Below, piece after piece: positions 35,748 to 43,494 of a DNA stretch of 64,000 nt (position 1 is the first letter of the stretch; each line of letters begins with the position of its first letter). The stretch covers positions 73,211-137,210 of the forward strand of contig JANXZX010000209.1 in the NCBI GenBank assembly GCA_025355325.1. Reading direction: 5' to 3'. Under the pieces are notes generated by a model. The model ran no database searches. It had not been told where the DNA came from and was given only the letters and a program-made list of their open reading frames with translations. The stretch comes from Geobacteraceae bacterium (lineage in GTDB: Bacteria; Desulfobacterota; Desulfuromonadia; Geobacterales; Pseudopelobacteraceae). A program made the translations under genes and the position numbers.

Positions 35748-35763
35748 TGGCACCAGCAGTGCA
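35748..35763 (+). promoter_or_regulatory. Candidate sigma-54 (RpoN) -24/-12 promoter
   Basis: TGGCACCAGCAGTGCA compared with the consensus TGGCACG-N4-TTGCW. The GG and GC dinucleotides have exact spacing. The site is 55 bp upstream of the first small-protein ATG (35819) and lies in an AT-rich non-coding stretch. Confidence 0.55.
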
Positions 35764-35818
35764 ATAACAAAAGACAAGAGCAATCAAATTCAACAAAGAC
35801 TTTAAATAGGAGGATGTC

Positions 35819-36037
35819 ATGAGAGCACTTATTACCACCATCGTAGGAACATTAGCTCCCGTATCAGCATTTGCAGCATCAGGTATAACTGAAGATAGTG
35901 GAATCTTTGTTTGGATCTTCCTTGGTTTCTTTGCAGTGATAGTAGTTGGACAGATACTTCCTGCAATAATGCTGATGACAGGTCTGGTAAAGGGACTCAC
36001 ATCCAAGACCGAAGTTAAAGCTGACGTAAAAAACTAA
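35819..36037 (+). CDS. Small membrane protein, paralogue 1 (72 aa)
   Basis: A GGAGGA RBS lies 5 nt upstream. A signal-peptide-like N-terminus (…PVSAFA|ASG) is followed by a TM helix, IFVWIFLGFFAVIVVGQILPAIMLMTGLV, and a charged tail. It is paralogous to the next two ORFs. Confidence 0.65.
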   Translation: MRALITTIVGTLAPVSAFAASGITEDSGIFVWIFLGFFAVIVVGQILPAIMLMTGLVKGLTSKTEVKADVKN

Positions 36038-36095
36038 GCCACTTAATTCTACGAACCACAAACTAAACTGATATTACAATAAAAAGGAGATCGCC

Positions 36096-36347
36096 ATGAA
36101 CGCCAAACAGACTTTAACAACAGTATTGAGTACAGCAGCTATCAGCCTTATTACTTGCACCGGCGCTTTCGCATCATCAGGCGTAACAAACAAAGTATTC
36201 GTAAGTGGTCCGCTAATTCTTATCTTTCTCGGCTTCTGTGCATTCGTAGTGGTTATGCAGTGTGTCCCGGCAGCTATAATGCTGTATGGCATGATCAAAG
36301 GTACAATTTCTATAAAAACTGGTGAAAAGGTTGAAGTCAAGAACTAG
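36096..36347 (+). CDS. Small membrane protein, paralogue 2 (83 aa)
   Basis: An AAGGAG RBS lies upstream. It has the same architecture (…TGAFA|SSG, TM LILIFLGFCAFVVVMQCVPAAIMLYGMI). Its tail KTGEKVEVKN parallels KTEVKADVKN in paralogue 1. Confidence 0.65.
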   Translation: MNAKQTLTTVLSTAAISLITCTGAFASSGVTNKVFVSGPLILIFLGFCAFVVVMQCVPAAIMLYGMIKGTISIKTGEKVEVKN

Positions 36348-36414
36348 GAAAGTTGCCTATATAATTAAATGAAAAGCGGTTAAATCCATCAGAAATCAGT
36401 AACAGGTGGATGTC

Positions 36415-36603
36415 ATGAGAGCACTTATTATCACCATCATAGGAGCATTAGTTCCCGCAACAGCACTTGCATCAGGAGGAAGTGCAGACGAAAGCAGAAT
36501 CTTGATGTGGCTGTTTTTAAGCTTATGCTCACTGATCCTCGTAACTCAGATAATCCCGGGAGTAGCGCTGATGTCTCGCCTGGAAAAGATTTTGCACCGG
36601 TAG
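36415..36603 (+). CDS. Small membrane protein, paralogue 3 (62 aa)
   Basis: The ATG at 36415 is preceded by AGGTGG. The first ~55 nt are about 85% identical to paralogue 1 (ATGAGAGCACTTATTA...). It reads …ATALA|SGG with the TM ILMWLFLSLCSLILVTQIIPGVALM. Confidence 0.6.
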   Translation: MRALIITIIGALVPATALASGGSADESRILMWLFLSLCSLILVTQIIPGVALMSRLEKILHR

Positions 36604-36675
36604 TTGTTAAGGTGGGAGTGAGCGGCAGTAAAAGCTAAATCAGGCGGATACGCGAAAATCGAAGAAGTGTAGAAG

Positions 36676-36700
36676 GGCCACCTTAAGGGGTGGCCTTTTT
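36676..36700 (+). terminator. Rho-independent terminator after the small-protein array
   Basis: GGCCACC-TTAAGG-GGTGGCC is followed by TTTTT. Confidence 0.75.
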
Positions 36701-36718
36701 ACTTTGATGATAAATTGA

Positions 36719-37096
36719 TTATGCTGCTAATTTTGCTGGTGTGCTCAACGATGCGTGAATTTCCACATCATCCCACGGCACAAAAACTCGTCCTTTTTCG
36801 TCCTTTGATACCAACTCCAATTCCAAAAGCCTGATTATGTCAGAATGTACGTTGCTATAATTGCGACCGGTCAATTTTGCAAGTCTGTAGACAGACAGAT
36901 TTCCTTCCTGCTTCAGGCGACATAACAGCTCCATACGTTTTGGCGTCAGCTCGGAGAACATTTGAGTTGGCGAGGCAAAATTAAGATGATAATCCGCATC
37001 AGGCAGATGCTCTCTCAAATCAAGTTTTTCCCCAAGCCCGAGCAAACCCTTACGTGTAGCTGTCCAGTCACTAATTCCGATGATTGCCTTATTCAT
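36719..37096 (-). CDS. HTH DNA-binding protein, TumA/HVO_A0114-like putative antitoxin
   Basis: The 125-aa ORF contains LTPKRMELLCRLKQEGNLSVYRLAKLTGRNYSNVHSDIIRLLELELV, a winged-HTH. It overlaps the upstream TumE-like gene by 4 nt. Confidence 0.6.
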   Translation of the reverse strand: MNKAIIGISDWTATRKGLLGLGEKLDLREHLPDADYHLNFASPTQMFSELTPKRMELLCRLKQEGNLSVYRLAKLTGRNYSNVHSDIIRLLELELVSKDEKGRVFVPWDDVEIHASLSTPAKLAA

Positions 37097-37383
37097 AATT
37101 TTACTCCCGTTAAGCGTTCAACGTCCGCCAAAAAGTCTTCTGCAAGTTTTGTAAATGTTGTGTAGCAATACGTTTCCTCGCGGGCTCCGTAATGTCGGTG
37201 ATCACCCTTTCCGGTTTCGTTGTCATATCGAACGAGACACTCACCATTTCTGCCGCAATATAGACGATATTTCAGGCTGTGTGGGCGATCCGGCGTGGCT
37301 TCTGCCAACTCCCAAACCACCGTCTCAACAATGACGCCGCCCGTAAATTCTTCTTTTGACTTCCGGAGCAATCTCGCTTTCAT
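37093..37383 (-). CDS. TumE-family (DUF6516-like) putative toxin
   Basis: The 96-aa ORF contains VIVETVVWELAE...HSLKYRLYCGRNGECLVRYDNETGKGDHRHYG, which matches the remembered TumE/DUF6516 consensus (YDN..GKG.HRH). Confidence 0.6.
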   Translation of the reverse strand: MKARLLRKSKEEFTGGVIVETVVWELAEATPDRPHSLKYRLYCGRNGECLVRYDNETGKGDHRHYGAREETYCYTTFTKLAEDFLADVERLTGVKL

Positions 37384-37545
37384 GGGAAAAGAATATCAAC
37401 TATATTGTGTTGAGGCAACATAAATATTTTGACACGCCTTTGTGGAATGGCTTGTCTTAGGCAGGCTTTATTGCGTCATTGCTGATGGTATCCTTGATAT
37501 ATGTTCCTATCTGCAATATCATCCATCTGAAATTCAGGGGGGGGA

Positions 37546-37806
37546 TTGAATATGATGAATGCAAATAATTCCATCCAGCTTGCAATAAACGCAGTGGGAG
37601 AATTAAAACGGCACTATCGCAATGGGGCATATCGAGCTATCAGGGACCCTGAAGGTAAAATATCTTTATGGGCCATCGAAGGTAATCCTCATGATCCATT
37701 TTCTATATCATTCGTGGATAAAGGGCGTGTGTATAACAATATCGGTGATGTACCTGATACCATGCTGAAATCATTTGTAGAATATGTCAGGAAAACAGTT
37801 AGATAA
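37546..37806 (+). CDS. Hypothetical protein (86 aa)
   Basis: The ORF has a G-rich RBS (GGGGGGGG) 8 nt upstream. It is divergent from the TumE/TumA-like pair. I recognise no family. Confidence 0.4.
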   Translation: MNMMNANNSIQLAINAVGELKRHYRNGAYRAIRDPEGKISLWAIEGNPHDPFSISFVDKGRVYNNIGDVPDTMLKSFVEYVRKTVR

Positions 37807-38098
37807 GTCACGGTCTTTTACGTCCAAAGGCTTCCCCTGCATGAAGAATTATAAGCCTGAACCGCGTATTTCAGAAGAGTTAGTAAATGAGAAAGGAACG
37901 TACCTCTGAGGTTTCCCTGAGGTGCCTCGGCACTCCCCCACACGAACTAATAGATAAATAGATAACAGCGTTATCACGGCACTCCCAGCTATGATACTTT
38001 GTCATTGTCTTTGAATTCAAACCGTTATATTGTTAAAGTAGTATTTAAATACAGATGTGTTTGGATTTAGTGAAGAAAATGGAAAGGAAATAAGTAAT

Positions 38099-38317
38099 AT
38101 GCGTGTTGAAGCGATAGTAAAAAAAGGCGGCTGGTTCATACCTCATCCTGGCTTTGCAGTTGGCAAACAAAAACATATTCTCCTCGATATAACCCCCGTT
38201 GCCGCAGGAGATGTATCGGATGATGCATTTGTGCAAGCAGCCGGTATGTTGAAGAAAACTACAATTGACGGAGTTACTTTTCAGAAAAAAATGCGGAAAG
38301 AATGGGATGGGCGGTAG
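38099..38317 (+). CDS. Putative VapB-type antitoxin
   Basis: I prefer the ATG at 38099 (MRVEAIVKKGGWFIP...). The C-terminal AAGMLKKTTIDGVTFQKKMRKEWDGR resembles antitoxins paired with PIN toxins. The stop overlaps the vapC start. Confidence 0.55.
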   Translation: MRVEAIVKKGGWFIPHPGFAVGKQKHILLDITPVAAGDVSDDAFVQAAGMLKKTTIDGVTFQKKMRKEWDGR

Positions 38318-38685
38318 TGTATCTGATAGACACAAACATAATCATTTACTACCTTGAAGGTGAACAAGCCGCCGTCTCGTTTTTACGTACCCATCGGGGA
38401 AAACTGGCAATATCGTCAATTACCTGGATGGAAACACTCTCGTACCCATTTAGCACTGATGAAGAACAAATAGTCCGGGCATTTCTACAGGAATTAAGGC
38501 TGATCGAAATTTCTTCCTCTGTGATGGAGTTGTCTGTAGAAATCCGTCGAACTAAAAAAATAAAACTTCCTGATGCAATAATAGCAGCGTCAGCCGTTCA
38601 TCATGACTTGATTCTTGTGACAAGAAATATCAAGGATTTCAAGGGAACCGCAGTAAAAACACTCGATCCGTTTGTAGCTTCGTAA
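38302..38685 (+). CDS. vapC: PIN-domain toxin VapC
   Basis: VYLIDTNIIIYYL carries the first PIN acidic residue. ...TWMETL..., LPDAIIAASAV and LILVTRNIKDF follow. The alternative GTG start at 38317 overlaps the antitoxin stop by 1 nt. Confidence 0.8.
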   Translation: MGWAVVYLIDTNIIIYYLEGEQAAVSFLRTHRGKLAISSITWMETLSYPFSTDEEQIVRAFLQELRLIEISSSVMELSVEIRRTKKIKLPDAIIAASAVHHDLILVTRNIKDFKGTAVKTLDPFVAS

Positions 38686-38712
38686 TTCAACATATTTTCA
38701 ACCGGTTGAAAA

Positions 38713-38767
38713 CAGAGTCGTAGCTCAACTTCCGAAAAAAGAGTTGACTCACGACTCTTGTTTTTTT
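38713..38767 (+). terminator. Long imperfect hairpin plus T7 after vapC
   Basis: AGAGTCGT ... ACGACTCT with an inner TCAACT/AGTTGA pairing, followed by TTTTTTT. Confidence 0.55.
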
Positions 38768-38787
38768 CACAGAGAAAGCAAATAAGC

Positions 38788-38964
38788 ATGGTATCAGGAG
38801 TTCCGGGGACATCCATGATAAGTAACCACGAAGCCGCCTGCCATGTCGGGGCCGAAGCGATTATTACCCGCAATCAAAAGGATTACAAAAAATCCCGGAT
38901 ACCGGTGTGCTCCTCGGAAGAGATGACAATAATACTGGCCTCAAAATCACAATCTGAAAGTTAA
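38788..38964 (+). pseudogene. C-terminal remnant of a second PIN-domain gene
   Basis: The translation HEAACHVGAEAIITRNQKDYKKSRIPVCSSEEM matches only the last ~35 aa of PIN toxins (A..a.a..IvTrN.kDF....i.v..P.E). No N-terminal PIN half is present upstream. Confidence 0.4.
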
Positions 38965-39000
38965 AAAATAAAATAATCGTCAATAACAAGAGAGTATCTC

Positions 39001-40386
39001 ATGACCTCAACAGCATTTTCCACGCTCCACGTAAAACCGCCCATGCTCAAAAACCTCGCTTCGCTCGGCTATGCCGAAATGACGCCCATCCAGGCCCACA
39101 CGTTGCCGCTGATTCTCGCCGGAAAGGATGTTATCGCCAAGGCGAAGACCGGAAGCGGCAAGACCGCTGCTTTTGGGATCGGGCTGCTGACCCGCCTGGA
39201 TGTGAACTCCTTGCGCGTACAGGCTCTGGTGCTCTGCCCTACCCGCGAACTGGCCGATCAGGTCAGCAAAGAACTGCGGCGTCTGGCCCGCTTTACCGAT
39301 AATATCAGGATATTGACGCTGTGCGGTGGTGTCCCTTTTGGGCCCCAGCTCGGCTCACTGGAACATGGCGCGCATGTGGTGGTCGGCACACCCGGCCGTC
39401 TCCTCGACCATCTTCGCCGGGGCAGGCTTGATCTCACTGCGCTGCAGACACTGGTCCTAGATGAAGCTGATCGCATGCTTGACATGGGTTTTCAGGAAGA
39501 AATCAGCGCCCTCATCGCTGCCACTCCGGACAAAAAACAGACCCTGCTCTTCTCGGCCACCTACCCTGCCGAAATCACAGAATTGAGCGCGACGCTTCAG
39601 CACGACCCGATTGAAGTGAGCGTTGATGAAATTCATGATGAAAACGTTATCGAACAGGTTTTTTACGAAGTGGATCCGGACGAGCGGACGGCGTCAGTGG
39701 CGCGTCTTCTCGGGCATTATCGCCCGGAATCGACGCTGGTGTTCTGCAACACCAAAGTGGAGTGTCAGGAGGTTGCCGCCGCTCTGACGGAGAAAGGTTA
39801 TGCAGCGTTAGCCATCCACGGCGATCTGGAACAGCGGGAGCGCGATCAGGTGCTGGTGCGTTTCGCCAACAAGAGCACTTCGGTGCTGGTGGCTACCGAT
39901 GTGGCCGCGCGCGGTCTCGACATCAAAGAACTGGCAGCGGTTATCAACTACGAACTGCCCCGCAACCCGGAGAATTATACCCACCGTATCGGTCGCACCG
40001 GACGTGCCGGAGAACAGGGGCTGGCTTTAAGTCTGGTGACTGCCCGGGAATCCCGAAGGGTACAGGCGATTGAAAGCGGCCTCGGCAGCACTATCACCCG
40101 CAGTGACCTGTCTGCATTAACTGCTGCTGCGCACCGCCCATCGGCGCCTGCCATGATTACCGTCTGCATCGACGGCGGCCGGAAAAACAAACTGAGGCCC
40201 GGTGATATTCTCGGTGCCTTGACCGGTGAAGGGGGGATTGCGGGGAGCGAGGTTGGCAAGATCGACACTTTTGATGCCCACACCTTTGTCGCGATTGCAC
40301 GTTCAAGTGCCGCTCAGGCCCTTGCCTGCCTGAGCGGTAACAAAATAAAAGGGAGATTTTTCAAGGTTCGTACTGTGGAAAGATAG
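39001..40386 (+). CDS. dbpA: ATP-dependent DEAD-box RNA helicase DbpA
   Basis: The 461-aa ORF has the Q motif, AKTGSGKT, DEAD, SAT and HRIGRTGRAG. It also has the DbpA-specific C-terminal RNA-binding domain (ITVCIDGGRKNKLRPGDILGAL). Confidence 0.9.
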   Translation: MTSTAFSTLHVKPPMLKNLASLGYAEMTPIQAHTLPLILAGKDVIAKAKTGSGKTAAFGIGLLTRLDVNSLRVQALVLCPTRELADQVSKELRRLARFTDNIRILTLCGGVPFGPQLGSLEHGAHVVVGTPGRLLDHLRRGRLDLTALQTLVLDEADRMLDMGFQEEISALIAATPDKKQTLLFSATYPAEITELSATLQHDPIEVSVDEIHDENVIEQVFYEVDPDERTASVARLLGHYRPESTLVFCNTKVECQEVAAALTEKGYAALAIHGDLEQRERDQVLVRFANKSTSVLVATDVAARGLDIKELAAVINYELPRNPENYTHRIGRTGRAGEQGLALSLVTARESRRVQAIESGLGSTITRSDLSALTAAAHRPSAPAMITVCIDGGRKNKLRPGDILGALTGEGGIAGSEVGKIDTFDAHTFVAIARSSAAQALACLSGNKIKGRFFKVRTVER

Positions 40387-40406
40387 ATGATTATTGAATG
40401 ATATTC

Positions 40407-41738
40407 CTACGGCAGAAAATCATTTGTCATGACAGCCAGTGTCCCGCCCTTTCCATCAGGCTTCAGAAGACACAGCGCCTTGTGGGGAGGAAGCGGAACC
40501 TTTGGTGAAACTGGTCGGCCGAGCTTTTTGTATGCCTGATTCAGCGATTCGATAACTTCAAGATCCGATATGAGTTCATCATTCTTCTTGTTATAAACAA
40601 ACCAGTCACCGGTTTCCTTCCGGTACAGCTTCTTCTCCGACAGTCCGTTTCTCAGCTTGCTTAATTTCACATTCACCGGCACGACCGGTACGGGGGTTAC
40701 CACACCGGCTGCCGGGGCTTCAGGCGCTTTTGGCTCCGCTGCTGCCGGATTCGCCTTGGCATGTTCCTGCTGAGCCGTATTCTCCAAAACCTTCGTGATA
40801 TTTTTGTTATATTCACCCATATTTTTATTCAGGTTACTGATTTTTTCAAGCACCGCCGGGCCGGATATATTCTGAGACTTCTCGGTTTTGACCAGAACCG
40901 TAAATGTATAAATCTGAAAAACAGCCAATAACAGAACAACTGCAGAGGAAATGGCCAGAAATGATTTAGAAAGTACGTTCCTGAACTTGACGTCGGACGT
41001 GTTGGCAGCTATTTCGGTCTTGACGTCTGCGGTGTTTGCTGCCATCTCCGCCTTAACGTCTGACATGTTTGCAGCCATCTCTGCCCTGACATCTGACATA
41101 TTCGCCGCCATCTCGACCCTGACATCTGAAATATGTGCCGCCATACCGGTTGCCTGCGATTCATACTGGAGCGACAGGGCGTTCATCATTTTTGCCAGAT
41201 CGACCGTATTTTTGGTAACCGAATCAACTTTTTCTGAAATAGCGTTAGTTTCTGCCAGCGAATGGTACAAATATTTCAGAATGTTTTTTACATCTTCCGC
41301 GACATCAGCTCCCTCCAGTAACGTCTCCAGCGATTCGAAAACCGGTGGAGGATCACTATAAATTTCAGTTTCCTCAACCTCCGGTTCCGCTACTGGTTCC
41401 GCTGTTGGTTCCGCTGTTTGTTCCGCTACTGGTTCCGCTTCCTCTTCGACTGCTGTTTCTTGCGTTTCGTTTACAGCTTCTTCAGGAACATCCGCTACCA
41501 TCTCTTTTTCCGATTCTTCTTCGCTATGAGTGTCGCTCAACATGCCTAGCAGCGCCGGGACCTCTTCCGTACGGTCTGTTTCGATCATGTCCGGGACAAT
41601 TTCTGTAGCACGATTCTCTTCGGCAACAGCCGGGGTATCAGGGGCTGATGGTTCTTTCGGGGAGACCTCTTCGCCGCCAACAGATGCCTCCGGCGATGGT
41701 TTGGCCGTTTCATTCTGATTATCAGTTACCTTTGCCAT
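40407..41738 (-). CDS. Hypothetical bitopic membrane protein with acidic low-complexity N-terminus and 11-aa tandem repeats
   Basis: The 443-aa ORF has E/A/P-rich repeats (AEPVAEQTAEPTAEPVAEPE). It also has 5 x 11-aa repeats (MAANMSDV[RK]AE) and one TM (FLAISSAVVLLLAVFQIYTFTVLV). A ~150-aa C-terminal domain is of unknown function. Confidence 0.6.
   Translation of the reverse strand: MAKVTDNQNETAKPSPEASVGGEEVSPKEPSAPDTPAVAEENRATEIVPDMIETDRTEEVPALLGMLSDTHSEEESEKEMVADVPEEAVNETQETAVEEEAEPVAEQTAEPTAEPVAEPEVEETEIYSDPPPVFESLETLLEGADVAEDVKNILKYLYHSLAETNAISEKVDSVTKNTVDLAKMMNALSLQYESQATGMAAHISDVRVEMAANMSDVRAEMAANMSDVKAEMAANTADVKTEIAANTSDVKFRNVLSKSFLAISSAVVLLLAVFQIYTFTVLVKTEKSQNISGPAVLEKISNLNKNMGEYNKNITKVLENTAQQEHAKANPAAAEPKAPEAPAAGVVTPVPVVPVNVKLSKLRNGLSEKKLYRKETGDWFVYNKKNDELISDLEVIESLNQAYKKLGRPVSPKVPLPPHKALCLLKPDGKGGTLAVMTNDFLP
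40988..41152. repeat. Five tandem 33-bp repeats (coding, in frame)
   Basis: The units are 40988-41020, 41021-41053, 41054-41086, 41087-41119 and 41120-41152. All are variants of TGACRTCTGACATRTTYGCNGCCATCTC.... Confidence 0.85.
41383..41442. repeat. Five tandem 12-bp repeats (coding, in frame)
   Basis: GGTTCCGCTACT / GGTTCCGCTGTT / GGTTCCGCTGTT / TGTTCCGCTACT / GGTTCCGCTTCC. Confidence 0.8.
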
Positions 41739-41805
41739 TCATTCGCTCCTGATGTGTTGATAAATAAAAAAATCCATCGCAATTAAATGTTCATTTTCGA
41801 AGCCG

Positions 41806-42564
41806 CTATTCTGCCATCTTTTTCCGAAAAATAGCAACAGCGGCGATAAATGCAAGTGCAGCTGAAACCGATACCTGTAGCGCCGATATCGGCTGCATTT
41901 CCCCGGCCACCAGAATCCGGCGGGCTCCTTCAAAGAGTGCGGTGGTCGGCAGCGCCCGCACCCAGGAAATGACCGACGGCGGATAGGAAGAAAGCGGAAA
42001 AAACAGGCCGGACATGAATATCAGAGGCATGACCAGCACCGCCTCAACTTTGCCAATGGTTTCCGGTTTATCCATAACCGTGCCGCTGATAATACCGGCA
42101 CAGGAGAACAGAGCTGATCCGGGAATCAAAAACAGCAGATAGTAAAAAAGATGTTCCAGCGGAAAGCGAAACGGGGTGATCGCAAAAATGACCAACCCGA
42201 CGGCACACCCCTTGATAATGCCGTGGGTAAAGCCGGTAAGAATCTTGGCTATGACAATTTCAGATACCGAGATCGGGGTCACACGGTACGATTCGATGGT
42301 AAATTGAACCCGGCGATGAAACCAGAGACTCCAGACGCTCTCGTTATAGGCGGCGCTGACTGCGGTCATGGTAATCAACCCCGGAGCGATGAACAGACTG
42401 TAGGGTGCACCATCCACCAGACCGATATAACTCTGCATGCCGATGCCGAATGCCAGGTAGATGGTCAGCGGATAAGCGACCACCGCCACCAGTTCCGAAA
42501 TAATGCTGCGGCGCAGTATCAGCATGTCGCGCTGCCAGATGGCCAGAGTCCCCTGCAGTATCAT
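41806..42564 (-). CDS. ABC-2 type transporter permease
   Basis: The 252-aa ORF has six predicted TM segments. It overlaps the upstream ABC ATPase gene by 4 nt. Confidence 0.75.
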   Translation of the reverse strand: MILQGTLAIWQRDMLILRRSIISELVAVVAYPLTIYLAFGIGMQSYIGLVDGAPYSLFIAPGLITMTAVSAAYNESVWSLWFHRRVQFTIESYRVTPISVSEIVIAKILTGFTHGIIKGCAVGLVIFAITPFRFPLEHLFYYLLFLIPGSALFSCAGIISGTVMDKPETIGKVEAVLVMPLIFMSGLFFPLSSYPPSVISWVRALPTTALFEGARRILVAGEMQPISALQVSVSAALAFIAAVAIFRKKMAE

Positions 42565-43493
42565 TCTCTCACCTTCTCGCCGGTTAAAGAAATAAAGACA
42601 TCTTCAAGCGTTCTCTCCTGAAGAGAAATACGTCGAACCGGTGCCCCGTCCAGGGCAGTGACAATTTCTGAAAGGCATTCCCAACATTCAAGCGTCACTG
42701 CAACTTTATTTCCTATCTGAGCGATATTGTTAACACATGACATCGATCCAAGCAGCGTAGCATAGCGATCGGCACCGTCCCCGGTAAATTCGATTTCGTA
42801 CACGGTGGCTCCGCTTAAGCGATCCTTCAACTCCTGGGTACTGCCTATCGCAATCATCCGGCCATGGTCCATGATGGCGATCCGGTCACAAAGTTGCTCC
42901 GCTTCTTCCAGATAATGCGTGGTCAGAAAGATCGTCATACTGCCGGCCAGTGAACGGACATATTCCCATACCGCCCTGCGTGATTGCGGATCGAGACCGG
43001 TAGTCGGTTCGTCAAGGAACAGTACCTTCGGCTGGTGCACGAGTGCGCGGGCGATCACCAGACGGCGCTGCATACCGCCGGAGAAGGTGTCAGGAAAATC
43101 TTTCTGCCGCCCCGACAGCCCCATCAGTTCAAGCAGATCGTCTATTCGCCCTTTGTACAGTTTCTTGTTCATGCCATGCAAACGGGCGTGCAGTTCCAGG
43201 TTTTCTCGGGCCGTCAGATAACGATCAAGGCTGTTTTCCTGGGAAACCACGCCGATCATACAGCGGATTTCGCGACCGGAACGGAGGGTATCCAGCCCCT
43301 CGATTGAAGCTGTACCGGAACTTTGACGCATGAGCGTCGTTAAAATGCGGATCAGGGTGGTTTTCCCGGCGCCGTTCGGACCAAGCAGACCGAAGATGGA
43401 GCCCTGATCAACCTCCAGATCAAACGAGTCAAGGGCGGTCAAAGATCCATATGATTTGGTGAGGGCGCTGGTGACAATCGAAGAAGTCGGCAT
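42561..43493 (-). CDS. ABC transporter ATP-binding protein
   Basis: I prefer the ATG at 43493 (MPTSSIVTSALTKSYG). The ORF has Walker A GPNGAGKTT, the signature FSGGMQRRL and Walker B LFLDEPTTGLD. Confidence 0.9.
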   Translation of the reverse strand: MPTSSIVTSALTKSYGSLTALDSFDLEVDQGSIFGLLGPNGAGKTTLIRILTTLMRQSSGTASIEGLDTLRSGREIRCMIGVVSQENSLDRYLTARENLELHARLHGMNKKLYKGRIDDLLELMGLSGRQKDFPDTFSGGMQRRLVIARALVHQPKVLFLDEPTTGLDPQSRRAVWEYVRSLAGSMTIFLTTHYLEEAEQLCDRIAIMDHGRMIAIGSTQELKDRLSGATVYEIEFTGDGADRYATLLGSMSCVNNIAQIGNKVAVTLECWECLSEIVTALDGAPVRRISLQERTLEDVFISLTGEKVRE

Positions 43494-43494
43494 C

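Noticed and set aside
35725-36340. Minus-strand ORFs 35725-36006 (93 aa) and 36074-36340 (88 aa), antisense to small-protein paralogues 1 and 2
   Set aside because: The plus-strand ORFs each have a properly spaced RBS and share a conserved architecture across three paralogues. They also have a promoter and terminator in the plus orientation. The antisense frames lack RBSs and mirror hydrophobic codons.
37807-38098. 290-bp non-coding gap with short repeated CGGCACTCCC motifs and a possible 22-codon ORF (MRKERTSEVSLRCLGTPPTRTNR)
   Set aside because: The repeats are short (10 bp, two copies), the mini-ORF has no clear RBS, and I found no stable structure. The evidence is insufficient to call a feature.
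40988-41152. Regular 33-bp repeats, considered as a possible CRISPR array
   Set aside because: The units are contiguous with no spacers, they are degenerate copies of each other, and they lie in frame inside a long ORF encoding 11-aa repeats.
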